The position numbers and the translations under genes were made by a program. The notes beneath the pieces were generated by a model that saw nothing but the letters and a program-made list of their open reading frames with translations, was not told the origin of the DNA and did not search any database. A stretch of DNA of 64,000 bases from Macrostomum lignano (taxonomy: Eukaryota), in the NCBI GenBank assembly GCA_002269645.1, contig NIVC01000639.1, positions 376,153 through 440,152 of the forward strand. The letters are read 5' to 3'. This document shows, piece after piece, positions 46,507 to 59,331 of this stretch (its first letter is position 1; the number at the start of each line of letters is the position of its first letter).

Positions 46507-47428
46507 ACTGCGCGGTCTGGATCCACGGCGCAGCCAAAATGGCCAGGACTTTGTCAGAATTGTGAGAACGTGTCTCGCTAAATAGCATAGAATTGTCAGT
46601 AGTAGGCGTCAAAATATCTTTAAAATTTGAATCAACGAGTGGAACCAACCAACTAACAAATAATAACTTGGTAGATGCTAGCATAAAAAACTGATGGAAG
46701 TTCAGAGAGTAACGTGGTGTAACAAGCAGTGTAACAAGCATAAGAAGCAGTCCAAATAACTCCTAACTTGCATGTTACTTAAAACTGCCTAGCTGTCTAT
46801 ATCCTTGCAGTCTTACTTTCATTTTTTATTTCTTGATTTTCGTTTTATCCATCTGCAGTTTCCGTTGTTTGCTGAAAATTAAATAAATCTTGAAAAAAGT
46901 TTTGCTGCTCCCAATATCGATTTTCAAGACTGAGACAAAAGCAAAGGGTAACAAAGGCCTACAGCCGTTACTACAGCAAACAAAGGCTCTGTTCTGCTTG
47001 TTTGCTTCCCTCCAAGAGCGACTTTCTTTTTAGTTGGGAACAATTTTCACGACTAAGGAAGTCGAACTTCCGATCACGGGGTTCTGTCTGTCGATTGGGC
47101 CTTGAAAAACTTTCCCCAGAAAAAGTGTCAGGAGTCATGAGTTAAAACGGACCAGAGAGACTCCACACCGGTTTGCGGCTATTGAATCCGGGCATGCATA
47201 AAACCGAAGCCAAGTGTTGCTTCAGTTTATTGAAAAGTTGCCTTAAACAAAGTTTATTTTCAAGGCGAACTTGATATTTGCAGTGTTCTTGGTACAATTA
47301 ATTTTGTTCAGCGATCAGGTCAGCTAAAAAAGTCACCCAACTCAAACTTATTTATTAACGCCAGTCACTATTGTTAACGCTTTGCATTCTGCCGTTTAGT
47401 TATTTTTTTCTATCCTGTCAGCGTGCAT

Positions 47429-49917
47429 CACATTCTGCAATCATTTTGATTTTCCACCACCTGTTTTTACGAAAGCACATTCTGCAATCATTTTGATTTT
47501 CCTCCACCTGTTTTTACGAAAGCACATTCTGCAATCATTTTGATTTTCCACCACCTGTTTTTACGAAAGCACATTCTGCAATCATTTTGATTTTCCTCCA
47601 CCTGTTTTTACGAAAGCACATTCTGCAATCATTTTGATTTTCCACCACCTGTTTTTACGAAAGCACATTCTGCAATCATTTTGATTTTCCACCACCTGTT
47701 TTTACGAAAGCACATTCTGCAATCATTTTGATTTTCCTCCACCTGTTTTTACGAAAGCACATTCTGCAATCATTTTGATTTTCCTCCACCTGTTTTTACG
47801 AAAGCACATTCTGCAATCATTTTGATTTTCCTCCACCTGTTTTTACGAAAGCACATTCTGCAATCATTTTGATTTTCCTCCACCTGTTTTTACGAAAGCA
47901 CATTCTGCAATCATTTTGATTTTCCTCCACCTGTTTTTACGAAAGCACATTCTGCAATCATTTTGATTTTCCTCCACCTGTTTTTACGAAAGCACATTCT
48001 GCAATCATTTTGATTTTCCACCACCTGTTTTTACGAAAGCACATTCTGCAATCATTTTGATTTTCCACCACCTGTTTTTACGAAAGCACATTCTGCAATC
48101 ATTTTGATTTTCCTCCACCTGTTTTTACGAAAGCACATTCTGCAATCATTTTGATTTTCCTCCACCTGTTTTTACGAAAGCACATTCTGCAATCATTTTG
48201 ATTTTCCTCCACCTGTTTTTACGAAAGCACATTCTGCAATCATTTTGATTTTCCTCCACCTGTTTTTACGAAAGCACATTCTGCAATCATTTTGATTTTC
48301 CACCACCTGTTTTTACGAAAGCACATTCTGCAATCATTTTGATTTTCCACCACCTGTTTTTACGAAAGCACATTCTGCAATCATTTTGATTTTCCTCCAC
48401 CTGTTTTTACGAAAGCACATTCTGCAATCATTTTGATTTTCCTCCACCTGTTTTTACGAAAGCACATTCTGCAATCATTTTGATTTTCCTCCACCTGTTT
48501 TTACGAAAGCACATTCTGCAATCATTTTGATTTTCCACCACCTGTTTTTACGAAAGCACATTCTGCAATCATTTTGATTTTCCACCACCTGTTTTTACGA
48601 AAGCACATTCTGCAATCATTTTGATTTTCCACCACCTGTTTTTACGAAAGCACATTCTGCAATCATTTTGATTTTCCTCCACCTGTTTTTACGAAAGCAC
48701 ATTCTGCAATCATTTTGATTTTCCTCCACCTGTTTTTACGAAAGCACATTCTGCAATCATTTTGATTTTCCTCCACCTGTTTTTACGAAAGCACATTCTG
48801 CAATCATTTTGATTTTCCTCCACCTGTTTTTACGAAAGCACATTCTGCAATCATTTTGATTTTCCTCCACCTGTTTTTACGAAAGCACATTCTGCAATCA
48901 TTTTGATTTTCCACCACCTGTTTTTACGAAAGCACATTCTGCAATCATTTTGATTTTCCACCACCTGTTTTTACGAAAGCACATTCTGCAATCATTTTGA
49001 TTTTCCTCCACCTGTTTTTACGAAAGCACATTCTGCAATCATTTTGATTTTCCTCCACCTGTTTTTACGAAAGCACATTCTGCAATCATTTTGATTTTCC
49101 TCCACCTGTTTTTACGAAAGCACATTCTGCAATCATTTTGATTTTCCTCCACCTGTTTTTACGAAAGCACATTCTGCAATCATTTTGATTTTCCTCCACC
49201 TGTTTTTACGAAAGCACATTCTGCAATCATTTTGATTTTCCACCACCTGTTTTTACGAAAGCACATTCTGCAATCATTTTGATTTTCCTCCACCTGTTTT
49301 TACGAAAGCACATTCTGCAATCATTTTGATTTTCCTCCACCTGTTTTTACGAAAGCACATTCTGCAATCATTTTGATTTTCCTCCACCTGTTTTTACGAA
49401 AGCACATTCTGCAATCATTTTGATTTTCCACCACCTGTTTTTACGAAAGCACATTCTGCAATCATTTTGATTTTCCTCCACCTGTTTTTACGAAAGCACA
49501 TTCTGCAATCATTTTGATTTTCCTCCACCTGTTTTTACGAAAGCACATTCTGCAATCATTTTGATTTTCCACCACCTGTTTTTACGAAAGCACATTCTGC
49601 AATCATTTTGATTTTCCTCCACCTGTTTTTACGAAAGCACATTCTGCAATCATTTTGATTTTCCACCACCTGTTTTTACGAAAGCACATTCTGCAATCAT
49701 TTTGATTTTCCACCACCTGTTTTTACGAAAGCACATTCTGCAATCATTTTGATTTTCCACCACCTGTTTTTACGAAAGCACATTCTGCAATCATTTTGAT
49801 TTTCCACCACCTGTTTTTACGAAAGCACATTCTGCAATCATTTTGATTTTCCACCACCTGTTTTTACGAAAGCACATTCTGCAATCATTTTGATTTTCCT
49901 CCACCTGTTTTTACGAA
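47429..49917. repeat. 47-bp minisatellite, 53 copies, with one polymorphic site (A/T)
   Basis: CACATTCTGCAATCATTTTGATTTTCC[A/T]CCACCTGTTTTTACGAAAG; 2489 bp / 47 = 53 copies. Confidence 0.98.
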
Positions 49918-50804
49918 CAGCGCGATCTAAAAGTCACGCATGTCAGCTTTTTATTCTGCACTTGGACAAAAATTTATGTTGCCTAAGGCGAGCCCAGAAT
50001 CGTATCTTATCCTGACTGACAGCCTTTTAAGTACCATTTATTCTATTAACTCAGCTTCAATTCTATACTTTATTTTCTCGATTTCGTTACGATAAGTCTA
50101 ATGTTTAAATTTATTAACCCACTTATTTTGTCCCTCTAAATGAGTAACAAATTTTTCTTTAAATTTCTGGGCTGGCATGTAGCCAGCCTCTAAAGTATCT
50201 TTCTTCACTCCTTATGGATATACTCGTACATGCGTAATTATGCATCTTTGCCTTCATATCGTCGGCCAACTATCCTGTTATTGATCTTAGTATTATATAC
50301 CTTACGTCTATAGCCCAGTCAATTCTTGAAGTCAAAGTAATGAAAACTATTCTATATTTAACGAACTATCCTGTGAAACAAACATGGCAACAAGTGCAGA
50401 ACAAAGTTGCTGTCATTCAATGCAAACTGCATGGACTGTTTCTCAGTAGAAATATCGAGTGAAATTTTACTTACGCTCGTAAAATGTTTCCTACTGATGA
50501 AGAACTACTGGCCAATTGGCTACAAAATCAATCTCGTGGGTCTTCATTTCAATCCGAAATGAGTTTACGGGCGCGCTCTCGTCACTTCATCCCAACAACA
50601 AGCTTATCACAGACTATCAGGACGGCAATCCTCGCTAGAAAAGGATATAGTTTAAACACAGCTGCACACCGATGACATTCCATCCTGATTCACCAAAGCA
50701 GCCACCGATTAAGATCAGATGGGCTAAAATTGAGGCACCGGAAAAGACTGATTGGTATGGTACGGCAGTTTTATTATGAGAGTTTTATATTCCAGACTGA
50801 TGTC

Positions 50805-50895
50805 TGATGTCCTCTATGCCTGATGTGTCTGATGTGTCTGATGTGCCTGATGTACCTGAAGTGCCTGAAGTGCCTGATGTGCGCTCTGATGTGTC
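50805..50895. repeat. 9-bp repeat (CTGATGTG[T/C]-type)
   Basis: About 9 copies; paralogue B has a single CTGATGTG at ~61728. Confidence 0.85.
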
Positions 50896-52662
50896 TCTCG
50901 CGCAGTTAACGACATTTGAGGGCCAACCAATAATGTGCACAGTGAAGTGTACATGCCTAACGGTAAATAAAGTTAGGGCCGCTATGCCGCTATACACTCC
51001 TGTGTGAGTGTGCATAATATGTACTGCGTACGTATCCACGTGCTTGTGTGCCTGCTAAGGAGAGTCGGCCAAACGGGCAATAATGTCTCCAGCCGGTTGT
51101 GTGGCAATGTCGCTTAAAGTGCCCCAGGGTCCTCCAGGGTCTGTCGTGTTCCTATTTTTCATTTTTACTTTTATGTTCGTCGATTTTGTCGAAATAGAAT
51201 GTGACTTTGTTTCTTTTGAATTTCAAATCTGCGCATGCGCGTCACTCGGGGACAATTTTGGCCACAGACAGTCTGAATTGAAGTTCTTCTGTTTCAATAG
51301 AAAGGGACTTTGTTCGACTTGAAGTTCAAAAGGGCAGATTTTTCTTTAAGTGTTTGAATTGAAGTTCTGCTTGTTTCTTTTGAACAAGACTTCGTTCAAA
51401 ATAGGAGGTAAAATGGTGTAAAAAGGTCTAGATTTCTATTATCTATGCTACATACACAAGCGGTATTAATTAGCGGCTGCTGTGTGTACTTTTATTCGTC
51501 TGCTGCAATCAACTTCGTTATAAAAAAGGTTTCGACTTCTTTAAGCTCGAAAGCTTAAAATTTGCTATCTGTCCCTTATTACGAGCTATGCAATACTTCT
51601 ACAGTGTTTGGTTTGGTGAATCAATCACAAACCTGCAATCTTTTTACTATCAGCAGGATGGCCGGTCATGCAGTATTGTGAGCCTGTGGTTCTGCGATTA
51701 TTATGAGCCTTCATAAAGCAACAAGGTAACAAACTATCAAATGCATAATAAATCTAGGAACAGCTTGCAGGTGGTAACAACACCCGAGCCGTTCTGCCCA
51801 CACGTGCCGGAGGTGCCGCTAACGCTGACACCCCATAATTTGCCGGTGACCCGGTCTAGAAGTTGTTGCTCCAGTTGCTCCATCAAATTAAAAAATTCAA
51901 ACGTCCAGTACTAACGCCTTTGGGTTTGAACAAATAGGCACTAACAGAAACTTTTTATTTGAGAATGACCAACGGACAAGACAAGGTGATCCCGTAGCCT
52001 TTAGTCGCAGGACGGAGAATGCCGCATGTCCTGCATCAGCAAGTGGTTGATCTGTAGAGGCGCAGCAGCTCACTCGCTTGTGAGAAAATGACAAGGCAAG
52101 GTCTTTCCCACAACAGTGAATTGTGGTGCGACTTTGCAGTGAAATATAGCTTTACTCCCTGGCGCCAGGCCCGAATGGGAGTTTTCATCAATAACTGTGG
52201 GCCGGAAAAGTAGAGGGAAACTTGGACAGATGATTCCCATCTGTGAAGATATAGCGTAGGAACAAATGCTATTCACAAAGGAGGCTTAAGCGCTGACAAT
52301 AGCCATTGTGGTGAGCTGAGGCAGACCGGGGGATCGGACTGTTCTGCCACCCGGTCACTCCTGCCTGTGGGTGAATCGGATGCCCGCCATGAAAACCCCG
52401 ACTGAAATTCTGAGGGAAAAGCCTCACCAAAGTTTTTGCAACCGATAGCAGGTATTTTTAGTCTCACACACGAAACAATTTGCATTAATTTTGCACACAC
52501 TTGCTTACTGCGGCTCTCAAGAATTCACTGTTAAATCTCAAAAAGCAGAGCCAAAGAGCAAACAGATGCAGATACCGAGGCAGCCCCATCTCAAATAACA
52601 AGCCTTCGTCTATGAACTGCTTTACTTATTTTCATGGTTTTCACTCTCTCCCTTTTGCACGG

Positions 52663-52780
52663 ACAGTGCTTGACTAGATTGACTAGACTAGACTAGACAG
52701 CGCTTGACTAGATTGACTAGACTAGACTAGACAGTGCTTGACTAGATTGACTAGACTAGGCTAGACAGTGCTTGACTAGA
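52663..52780. repeat. 34-bp repeat built from GACTA pentamers
   Basis: CAGTGCTTGACTAGATTGACTAGACTAGACTAGA x~3.5. Confidence 0.85.
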
Positions 52781-53130
52781 ATTTTGATTACCAGTAGAAC
52801 AACTACCAATAGGGGGGATTCTCCCCGGACATTTTTTTGCTGCGCCGGAACGGAGCAACGCAGGCACACGAAATTCAAGAACATGTGCCAACTTTTTGTT
52901 GCGCACCTTCTCAAACGAGAATCGAGTCGCCAGCCTTTGAAACCGTCGAGATATTCGGCGATTCTGCCAGAAAGTCGGATTTTTCCTGTAAGCGCCAGTG
53001 TATTCAGTACACCCCTGTGCGCCTCAGTGCAGTCTTGCCAAGTCTCCAAATTTAATCAGCACGTCGATCGCATGTGTCTGCATCAAAACTGACTTCGTTG
53101 GTCACTAGCCTTAACCCAGGCGGAGCTCCT

Positions 53131-53458
53131 GGACCTTCAACAGGTGGCACCAGGTGACTATGGGACACCCTGATGCGAATTTCTCTAGTTTTGCTCATCA
53201 AGCCTCGATAATGGGCAAGCCTCAACTGCTGGACATCCTCAGCTATAGTCTCTCAAGCATTCCTTCATCACCCCGACGCCGTCGGCTCCTTTGACAGATG
53301 ACACCAGGGACTATGAGCATCCTGATGCGAATTTCTCTAGTTTCGCCGATCAAGCCTCGACAGTGGGCAAGCCTTAATTGCTGAACATCCTCAGCTAGTC
53401 TCCCAAGCATTCCGCCATCACCCCGACGCTGTCGGGACCTTAAACAGGTGGCACCAGG
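53131..53458. repeat. ~152-bp diverged tandem duplication
   Basis: CCTGATGCGAATTTCTCTAG at 53169 and 53321; ACAGGTGGCACCAGG at both ends. Confidence 0.85.
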
Positions 53459-54486
53459 CGAGTAAGGACACTCGAGCTTGATTTTTCATCATGCTCCTAA
53501 CATTTCTGGAGATCTTAAAATTATTTTAATCACGGGCAATGCTATAGTTCATCTGCAGGCCGCAATTACGAGTTGACGAATAGCGAATCGGCCCAAAAAG
53601 AAGAAGTTGAACCTTTTCCGGCCAGGAATTGATCGTACAAACCAGCGACTTGGACGTACGAGGTGCTGCTGCCCAGAAGTTGAAGTCCACTGCTTGAGTC
53701 GCTACCGGCTGTATTCTGAGGCAAAGCCGGATTCGAGAGTGGGTTGGCCAGGTTTGAGGTGCCCTGTCAAAAGTCGTAACACAGCAGGTTTTGAGCGAAG
53801 CTATAAGCGTCAGTTAAGGGAATGTGTCAATGAGGTGTCATCAGGTGAGGTGGGCCGCCATGAGGAATGTCTGGGTTGCCATAAGATCAGCCATGAAGCG
53901 TGCTGAGGACAAAATTATTAATCGGTCGGAAATTCACAATAGCGTCAGAACAAACGCCGCCGGTTTTTCAATACATGTGTATTGAATATAGTTTCTCATT
54001 TTTTGTTTTTGCTGTTGCCATTGTCAAATTGATTCACCTACCAGACGCAAAGAAGTACTCAATCGCTAACTAACGAGCCGAACAAAAGGGAAAATTAGGG
54101 TGAGCAGGGTGGAATGCTGAGTGGGAATGGCCGACTAAACTGTGTCAGAGGGTGGCTTGCTTCAGTGCCTTGCTTCAGAAACAGTTATTCGGCTAAGTAA
54201 AGACAGATAGAGCTGGGTAACCATTTGGAAGCCAAAGGCCTGCACCGCAGGCAATACCGAAACGGCCCAAAAACCCAGAGGTTCAAAAATGTTTATGACA
54301 TCAAAAACCATCTCCACAATCACTAAAGCAAGTGCCCATTATGGCACTTGCATGACTGATTTAAAGAAGTCCATCATGTATTTCCATTATGTTTTGACTC
54401 CAATGATAAAGGTGAAATAAGCATGCACAGTGAGAATACGCGGAGATGTACAAATGCATGGTCGTATTAAATAAAGCTTACTTTAA

Positions 54487-54800
54487 CCACTTCACTCATC
54501 TATCGTAACTAGGATTAAACAAATACAAAAATTTAACCGGTTACAAACAAAACAAGTCTTGAAAAGAAAAGTGCAACAGGCTTCAAGTTTGGGAGACGCC
54601 AATGCAGCTGGATTGCAAGTGGGACTTCAATGTGTCTCGTGCCAGATTCTGAAGCATGAATCTGGGTGGAGACCAGGATTTCCGGGACGTTGGTTGCAGC
54701 GAAATAGTGTCCTCTTAGGTAGAACGTCAGGTTTCAAAGAGCACATTCGGCATCGTTTGCTTTGGCGAGCCTGGGCTTCCGTTGCTGGGAGGAGGGGGGG
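54487..54800 (-). mobile_element. piggyBac-like 3' remnant (C-terminal cysteine-rich domain and TTAA-flanked end)
   Basis: KRCRMCSLKPDVLPKRTLFRCNQRPGNPGLHPDSCFRIWH resembles the piggyBac CRD (one Cys lost). TTAA|CCACTT at 54483-54492 is a plausible terminus. Confidence 0.6.
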
Positions 54801-54804
54801 GGGA

Positions 54805-54925
54805 ATCACGAATCCGAAAAATCACAAACCCGAAATATCATAGCTCCGAAAGTTCTAGCAATGTCCAACACTATTTTGGTTTTCCGAGTTATGATATTTC
54901 GGGTTTGTGATATTTCAAGTTTATG
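54805..54925. mobile_element. Small foldback/MITE-like remnant with a 26-bp inverted repeat
   Basis: ATCACAAACCCGAAATATCATAGCTC at 54821-54846 and its inverse at 54886-54911 (1 mismatch); the same motif occurs at 2689-2740 and ~15380. Confidence 0.55.
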
Positions 54926-55699
54926 ATGGTGACCCGCTGGGAGTCTCATTGGCAAATGAATTGGACGTTTGGCCTGCATCGGGGCTGGAGCCTGAATCGG
55001 TGATCGAGTGCGTCCCGTTTGAGTCGCGGATCAGCGTCTTGAACTTGAACAAGGGCCGGCATACATGTAAATGCATGCATATGATTCGGAAATTAACAGT
55101 TCCAATTTCAAACTGGTTTTCACACTGGCGACTTATCTTTGTTGGAAATTGGTGGAAAATTAGTAGTGGTTAGCAACACCTCGGTTACCTTGACAGCTTC
55201 ATGAAATTATTTTTCAGAAGCTGCATGCGCAAACCCTGATGTACACTTTTACCGATAGCTTTGTGAGAGCATATGTTGGAATTTTTAGTTCAGCTGACCT
55301 CAGCGAGGACATTGTACGAGCTAATTAGTGCCTTGACGCTCGACGTCTCGTAGCTCTATTGAAATTCGATTTTATCTTCATTTCTAATCGTATAACAAAG
55401 CTTTAATACAATAAATGAATTGACTACTGCATATCACTTATGAGATAGAGATGTGTCTGCGAACACTTTTCACAAAATAGGATGCATTTTATGATCCAAA
55501 ATCTATATCAAGCTCTGCGGATACAGCTTGGCTACTTGATAGAATGCCAGCTAACAATATGGTATTGCAGTAAGATTTGTGGTGATTGGCAAGAATTTTC
55601 TTATACGAGCGTAAAATTAGTCAATTTGCAGTTCGCCCACAGCCACTGGCTCGGTTGGCCCCTGCCGATCACAGCCTGCAGCCGGTAGTTCACTGGGCC

Positions 55700-57620
55700 G
55701 ACTTTCTTGACGACGGTATACGGACCGGACTATCGGTTCGACAGCGGCTTGCACTGTCCGAGCTTCATTGCCAGGTGCGTGAACATCACTTGGAAGCCCC
55801 GCCAGATTCTCGCCTGCAGATCCGCGCAGTCCTTGCGGCAGTTTGCGCTGTTCTCGCTCACCAGCAATCGACCAGCAGTCTGGGCTCCAAGCCCCGCAGT
55901 ACCTTGTACGGCGATTTGCCTGTGGAGCTGTGCGCAGACCTGTTGCAAACCCAAATGACATTGGGCAGCAGTGCATCCCAGCTGGTTTGATTCCGACAGC
56001 ATGTTTCCAAGCGTCCTGTTGAACCTCTCGATGTTTTCGTTTGCATCGGAGTTTGCATTACTCTACTTACAGTAGCATTTATGAATTTGGGATACTATAC
56101 ACTTGCTCCTCTGGCAGGTTAGGTGATCTAAAACTGCACCGGCAGAGAGAGTTTCCGGCACGATGTTCTCCTTGCCAGGCCGATCCAGCGTAAGCTCTTG
56201 GATGAGCTGCAGCCAACGTGCTAGCCCTGTCGGCTCCTTCTCGTCGAGCAGTCCGATGATCGGTGAACACCTGGATATTGCTGCTGTTGCTCAGGTACAT
56301 GTAAAACTGCTGAGGCTGCGGCTCGCGTCGAAGTCGAACCGGTCGAGTCGAACCGTCAGGCTGCACTTGGGCTAGGATAGCGCCCGCTTGAGTTGGACTG
56401 GCGTCGACGATCAGCCTGGATTGCAAGTCTTTGCTTAAGAATGCCAGCGCCTGGCTACTGACTATCGTGCGCTTGATGTCGATAAAAGCTGCTTCTTGAT
56501 GGTCGCCCCACGTCCACTCTGCATCGTGCTTTGTTGGGTCTCGGAGTGGCCTGCGCTGTCGGACAGATTGCTAATGAAGCGAGCGACAAAGGTGGCGTGG
56601 TAACGAGGCCGAGGAAAGACCGGACCTTGGTGGTGTTGGTCGGTATTTTAAAGCATCTTATGGCCACCACCTTCTACGTGCTGGGATGAATTCCAGCTGC
56701 TGTGAGATGAAGTCGATTTCTTACTGCTCGAACTTGCAAGGTGATGTTGTGGTCTCGTAGCCGCTACAAAGAGTCGCGCAGTCGCTTGTTGTGCTCTTCA
56801 ATCCCAGCGCCGCACGCCGGTGAGTCCGCTCAGAACTGTCGTTATCACGTGCTGTAGAATTTCGGAGACTGAAGTGTAGCCCATTAAGAGGCACCTCAGT
56901 CGCATAAAGCCTAGTGGCGTTGAGAAGGTCAGGAGCTCCCTCGAATTTTCGGCCACCTCGATTTAGTGGAAGGCCTTGGCGACATCAAACTCCAAGAAGC
57001 ATGTTGATCCATCCATCTCGTCCGTAACCTCAAATGTGGGAATTGGTTGCTTCTCGGGAATCACGCATTTTCTACTGGTTTTTTTTTAAATCCTGGGTGA
57101 TGGGGGTCCGTCACTTGTCGTCCTTTGAAACAGCCACCATCCTTGAACACCATGAGGTAGGTCCTAGCACACGCTCGATGATTCCCTAAGCAAGCTGCTT
57201 TTCCAGCTCTTTTTTGATAGCGTCTCTTAGGTGCACTGGCATGCGCGACAGCGCTTGGCATGTTGGCATGGCTTCGGGGCGCAGCTTAATGGCGACGCGG
57301 ACGCCTTTGACGCAACCGCTGCCGTGGAATCAATCCTCGAATTCAGTCAGGACTCTCTGCAGCTGGCGATTGTCGTTAGAGTGCTGGTAGTTTTTTGTCC
57401 GATAAGACTGGCTGTGAATACGTGAATACAGGTTTCTGGTTGGCTTCCGGACCGAACCCACTTGTAGCATGTTCCTGGGGGCAGCAGTTGCAAAGCCATG
57501 GCTCGCTCTTGCGACACCAATGTATTGACTAAATTGAAAGGCCGGAGTTTTCTGGGACGAAAGGCGAGCCCTGCTACTAGATGATCTGATCGATCTTTAT
57601 TGATTTGCAAAGAAGGTGTG
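55700..57620 (-). mobile_element. Heavily deleted Ty3/Gypsy pol remnant
   Basis: In order: linker GCVKGVRVAIKLRPEAMP..MPVHLRDAIKKELE; RT PIPTFE..FDVAKAFH..LTFSTPLG..VLSGLTGV; KVRSFLGL; RNase H LIVDASP..GAILAQVQPDGSTRPV; integrase WDALLPNV..HSSTGKSPY. RT-RH-IN order. Confidence 0.88.
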
Positions 57621-58030
57621 CATCGTTAATGAACATTGTCATGGATGTACATTTAAATGTATGTAAAATATTCTAGTGTTGGCAGTACTTGTAGATGCTT
57701 GCAGCTCCGAAAAGAACTAGTACTTAACCTTTAAAAAGCAGATATTTACCCAAACTGAAAACTTCACAAAAATGGCCACTAGACTTTGAGTTTTGACTTT
57801 CCTGTTGTAGTCCACGTACTTTACTAACCTTTCGACAACCTTTTGCAATCAAAACAGTTTTCTGTCCAATGAGACAAATTCCAGCTTAAACAGCTGGCGT
57901 GTCATTGGTGATTGCAGCGCTTCAAAAAACAATATAAATTCGCATAGGGCGGCCTACGCGGGGTAGAGCCACCCAGCAAAGTCTAAAACAACTGATTCTG
58001 ATAATACAACCTAAAACAGCATATATTACA

Positions 58031-59331
58031 ATGATAGTTGGTGTAATGTCGTTATTGCTTTTGTGCTACCCAGCTATAGCATGCGAGCAATGCTCTGCCG
58101 TGTATGAGCTTCTGACCAACACCTGTCCGATGAGTGCTCTGTCTGGCCTGGAGCCCGCGACCGCTGCCGTCGAGTCCGAGTGCGTGCTGCACTGCACTCT
58201 GAATAGCTGGTGCCGACTGTCTGTGTACCTGACAGACAGTGGTGCCTGCTACAGCCTGCCTGACGTGACTTTAGTGACTGGCAGCTGCGGCCTGGTGCGA
58301 AGGAAACTGGCCATCGTTTCCGGTAAGCTTTTAGCATGGCAGTTGATGCGGTCAGATTTGTCTCGCACAGGGTAAACAAGTGTGAACTATCATCATTTCA
58401 CAGACGCATCAACGTCTGCAACTGCCTCAACGATCGGATCAACTGGTTCCACGACCAGCCCGACCAGCGCAACTGGGACTCAATCTCCGGTCACTGTAGC
58501 ATCGACCACAATGGTGCAGAGTGTCTCCACAGCTGCCATTTCGTCCGGAGTGTCGAACCTGAGCTTCGCCTCAAGCGTACTGCTTTGGTACAATTTTCGA
58601 AAGGGCTTCATGAACCTGGCGAACCCGGGCCATTTCGATGTCTCACCTTTCGGTGTTGCAGATCAGGATGCACTCAAAGGAGTTCGCCTCAACGGGTCCT
58701 CCAGTTCCTATCTTGAGGTTCATTCGACCAACTTCTTCAAAAACTTTAAATCCGGGAAAAGCTTCAGCTTCTTTTTTCAAGGGACTTTTGCCAGCAACGC
58801 GTCGTGAGTTTTCAGCAAATTCAATTTTAAAATATTCAGGATTTTTAACGCGTTATTAATCATTATTAACCACACAGCGGTTGCATACATTGCAGGCTTC
58901 GATGCATCAGTTCGTTTAGCAGCTGCTCGTACAACACCACCGTCAGCCACTTCAGCACTGACATCGCTGCCAGGATTTACTCCAAGACCTACTTTTCAGA
59001 CGGCTCCGAAGAATTCGCGTCGGTGGGCGCAGAAGCAGCTCTTCCGAACAACGGTTCTGAGCAAGTCCACTCTATTGGACTGGCCTTTATTGGTGAGGAC
59101 AATGAGTACCTCGACGAGTGGTACTTGAATGGATTTTTTTACGATACCGAATCACCAGATACTGACGGTGATAGCCCCACCGCCAACTCGACCTTCGACT
59201 GCTTGCGCATCGGCAACTGCTTCAGCGCCGGCCCTCGGCCCTACAACGGCTGGCTGCAGTGCTGGGGATTCGTCAACAGCACTCTCAGTCTTCCCGAGTT
59301 TAACAGCCTTCGCCAATTGTGCAACTCTTAG
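58031..59331 (+). CDS. Secreted PAN/apple + Ser/Thr linker + LamG/ConA-like protein, copy B (375 aa)
   Basis: Exons 58031-58322, 58404-58803 and 58896-59331; same exon lengths as copy A, with an open frame. Confidence 0.85.

Larger units (their letters stand above)
45065..51670 (+). repeat. Segmental duplication, unit A (paralogous to 57860-62212)
   Basis: Collinear similarity from the promoter through ~3 kb of 3' flank (e.g. AAAAGTCACGCATG, TTGAGGCACCGGAAAA, AAGATGGCCGGT/AGGATGGCCGGT), interrupted in A by the 47-bp array. Confidence 0.85.

Noticed and set aside
38754-49917. 49-bp, 47-bp and 37-bp arrays as CRISPR arrays
   Set aside because: The units are head-to-tail with no unique spacers, there are no cas genes, and the context is eukaryotic.
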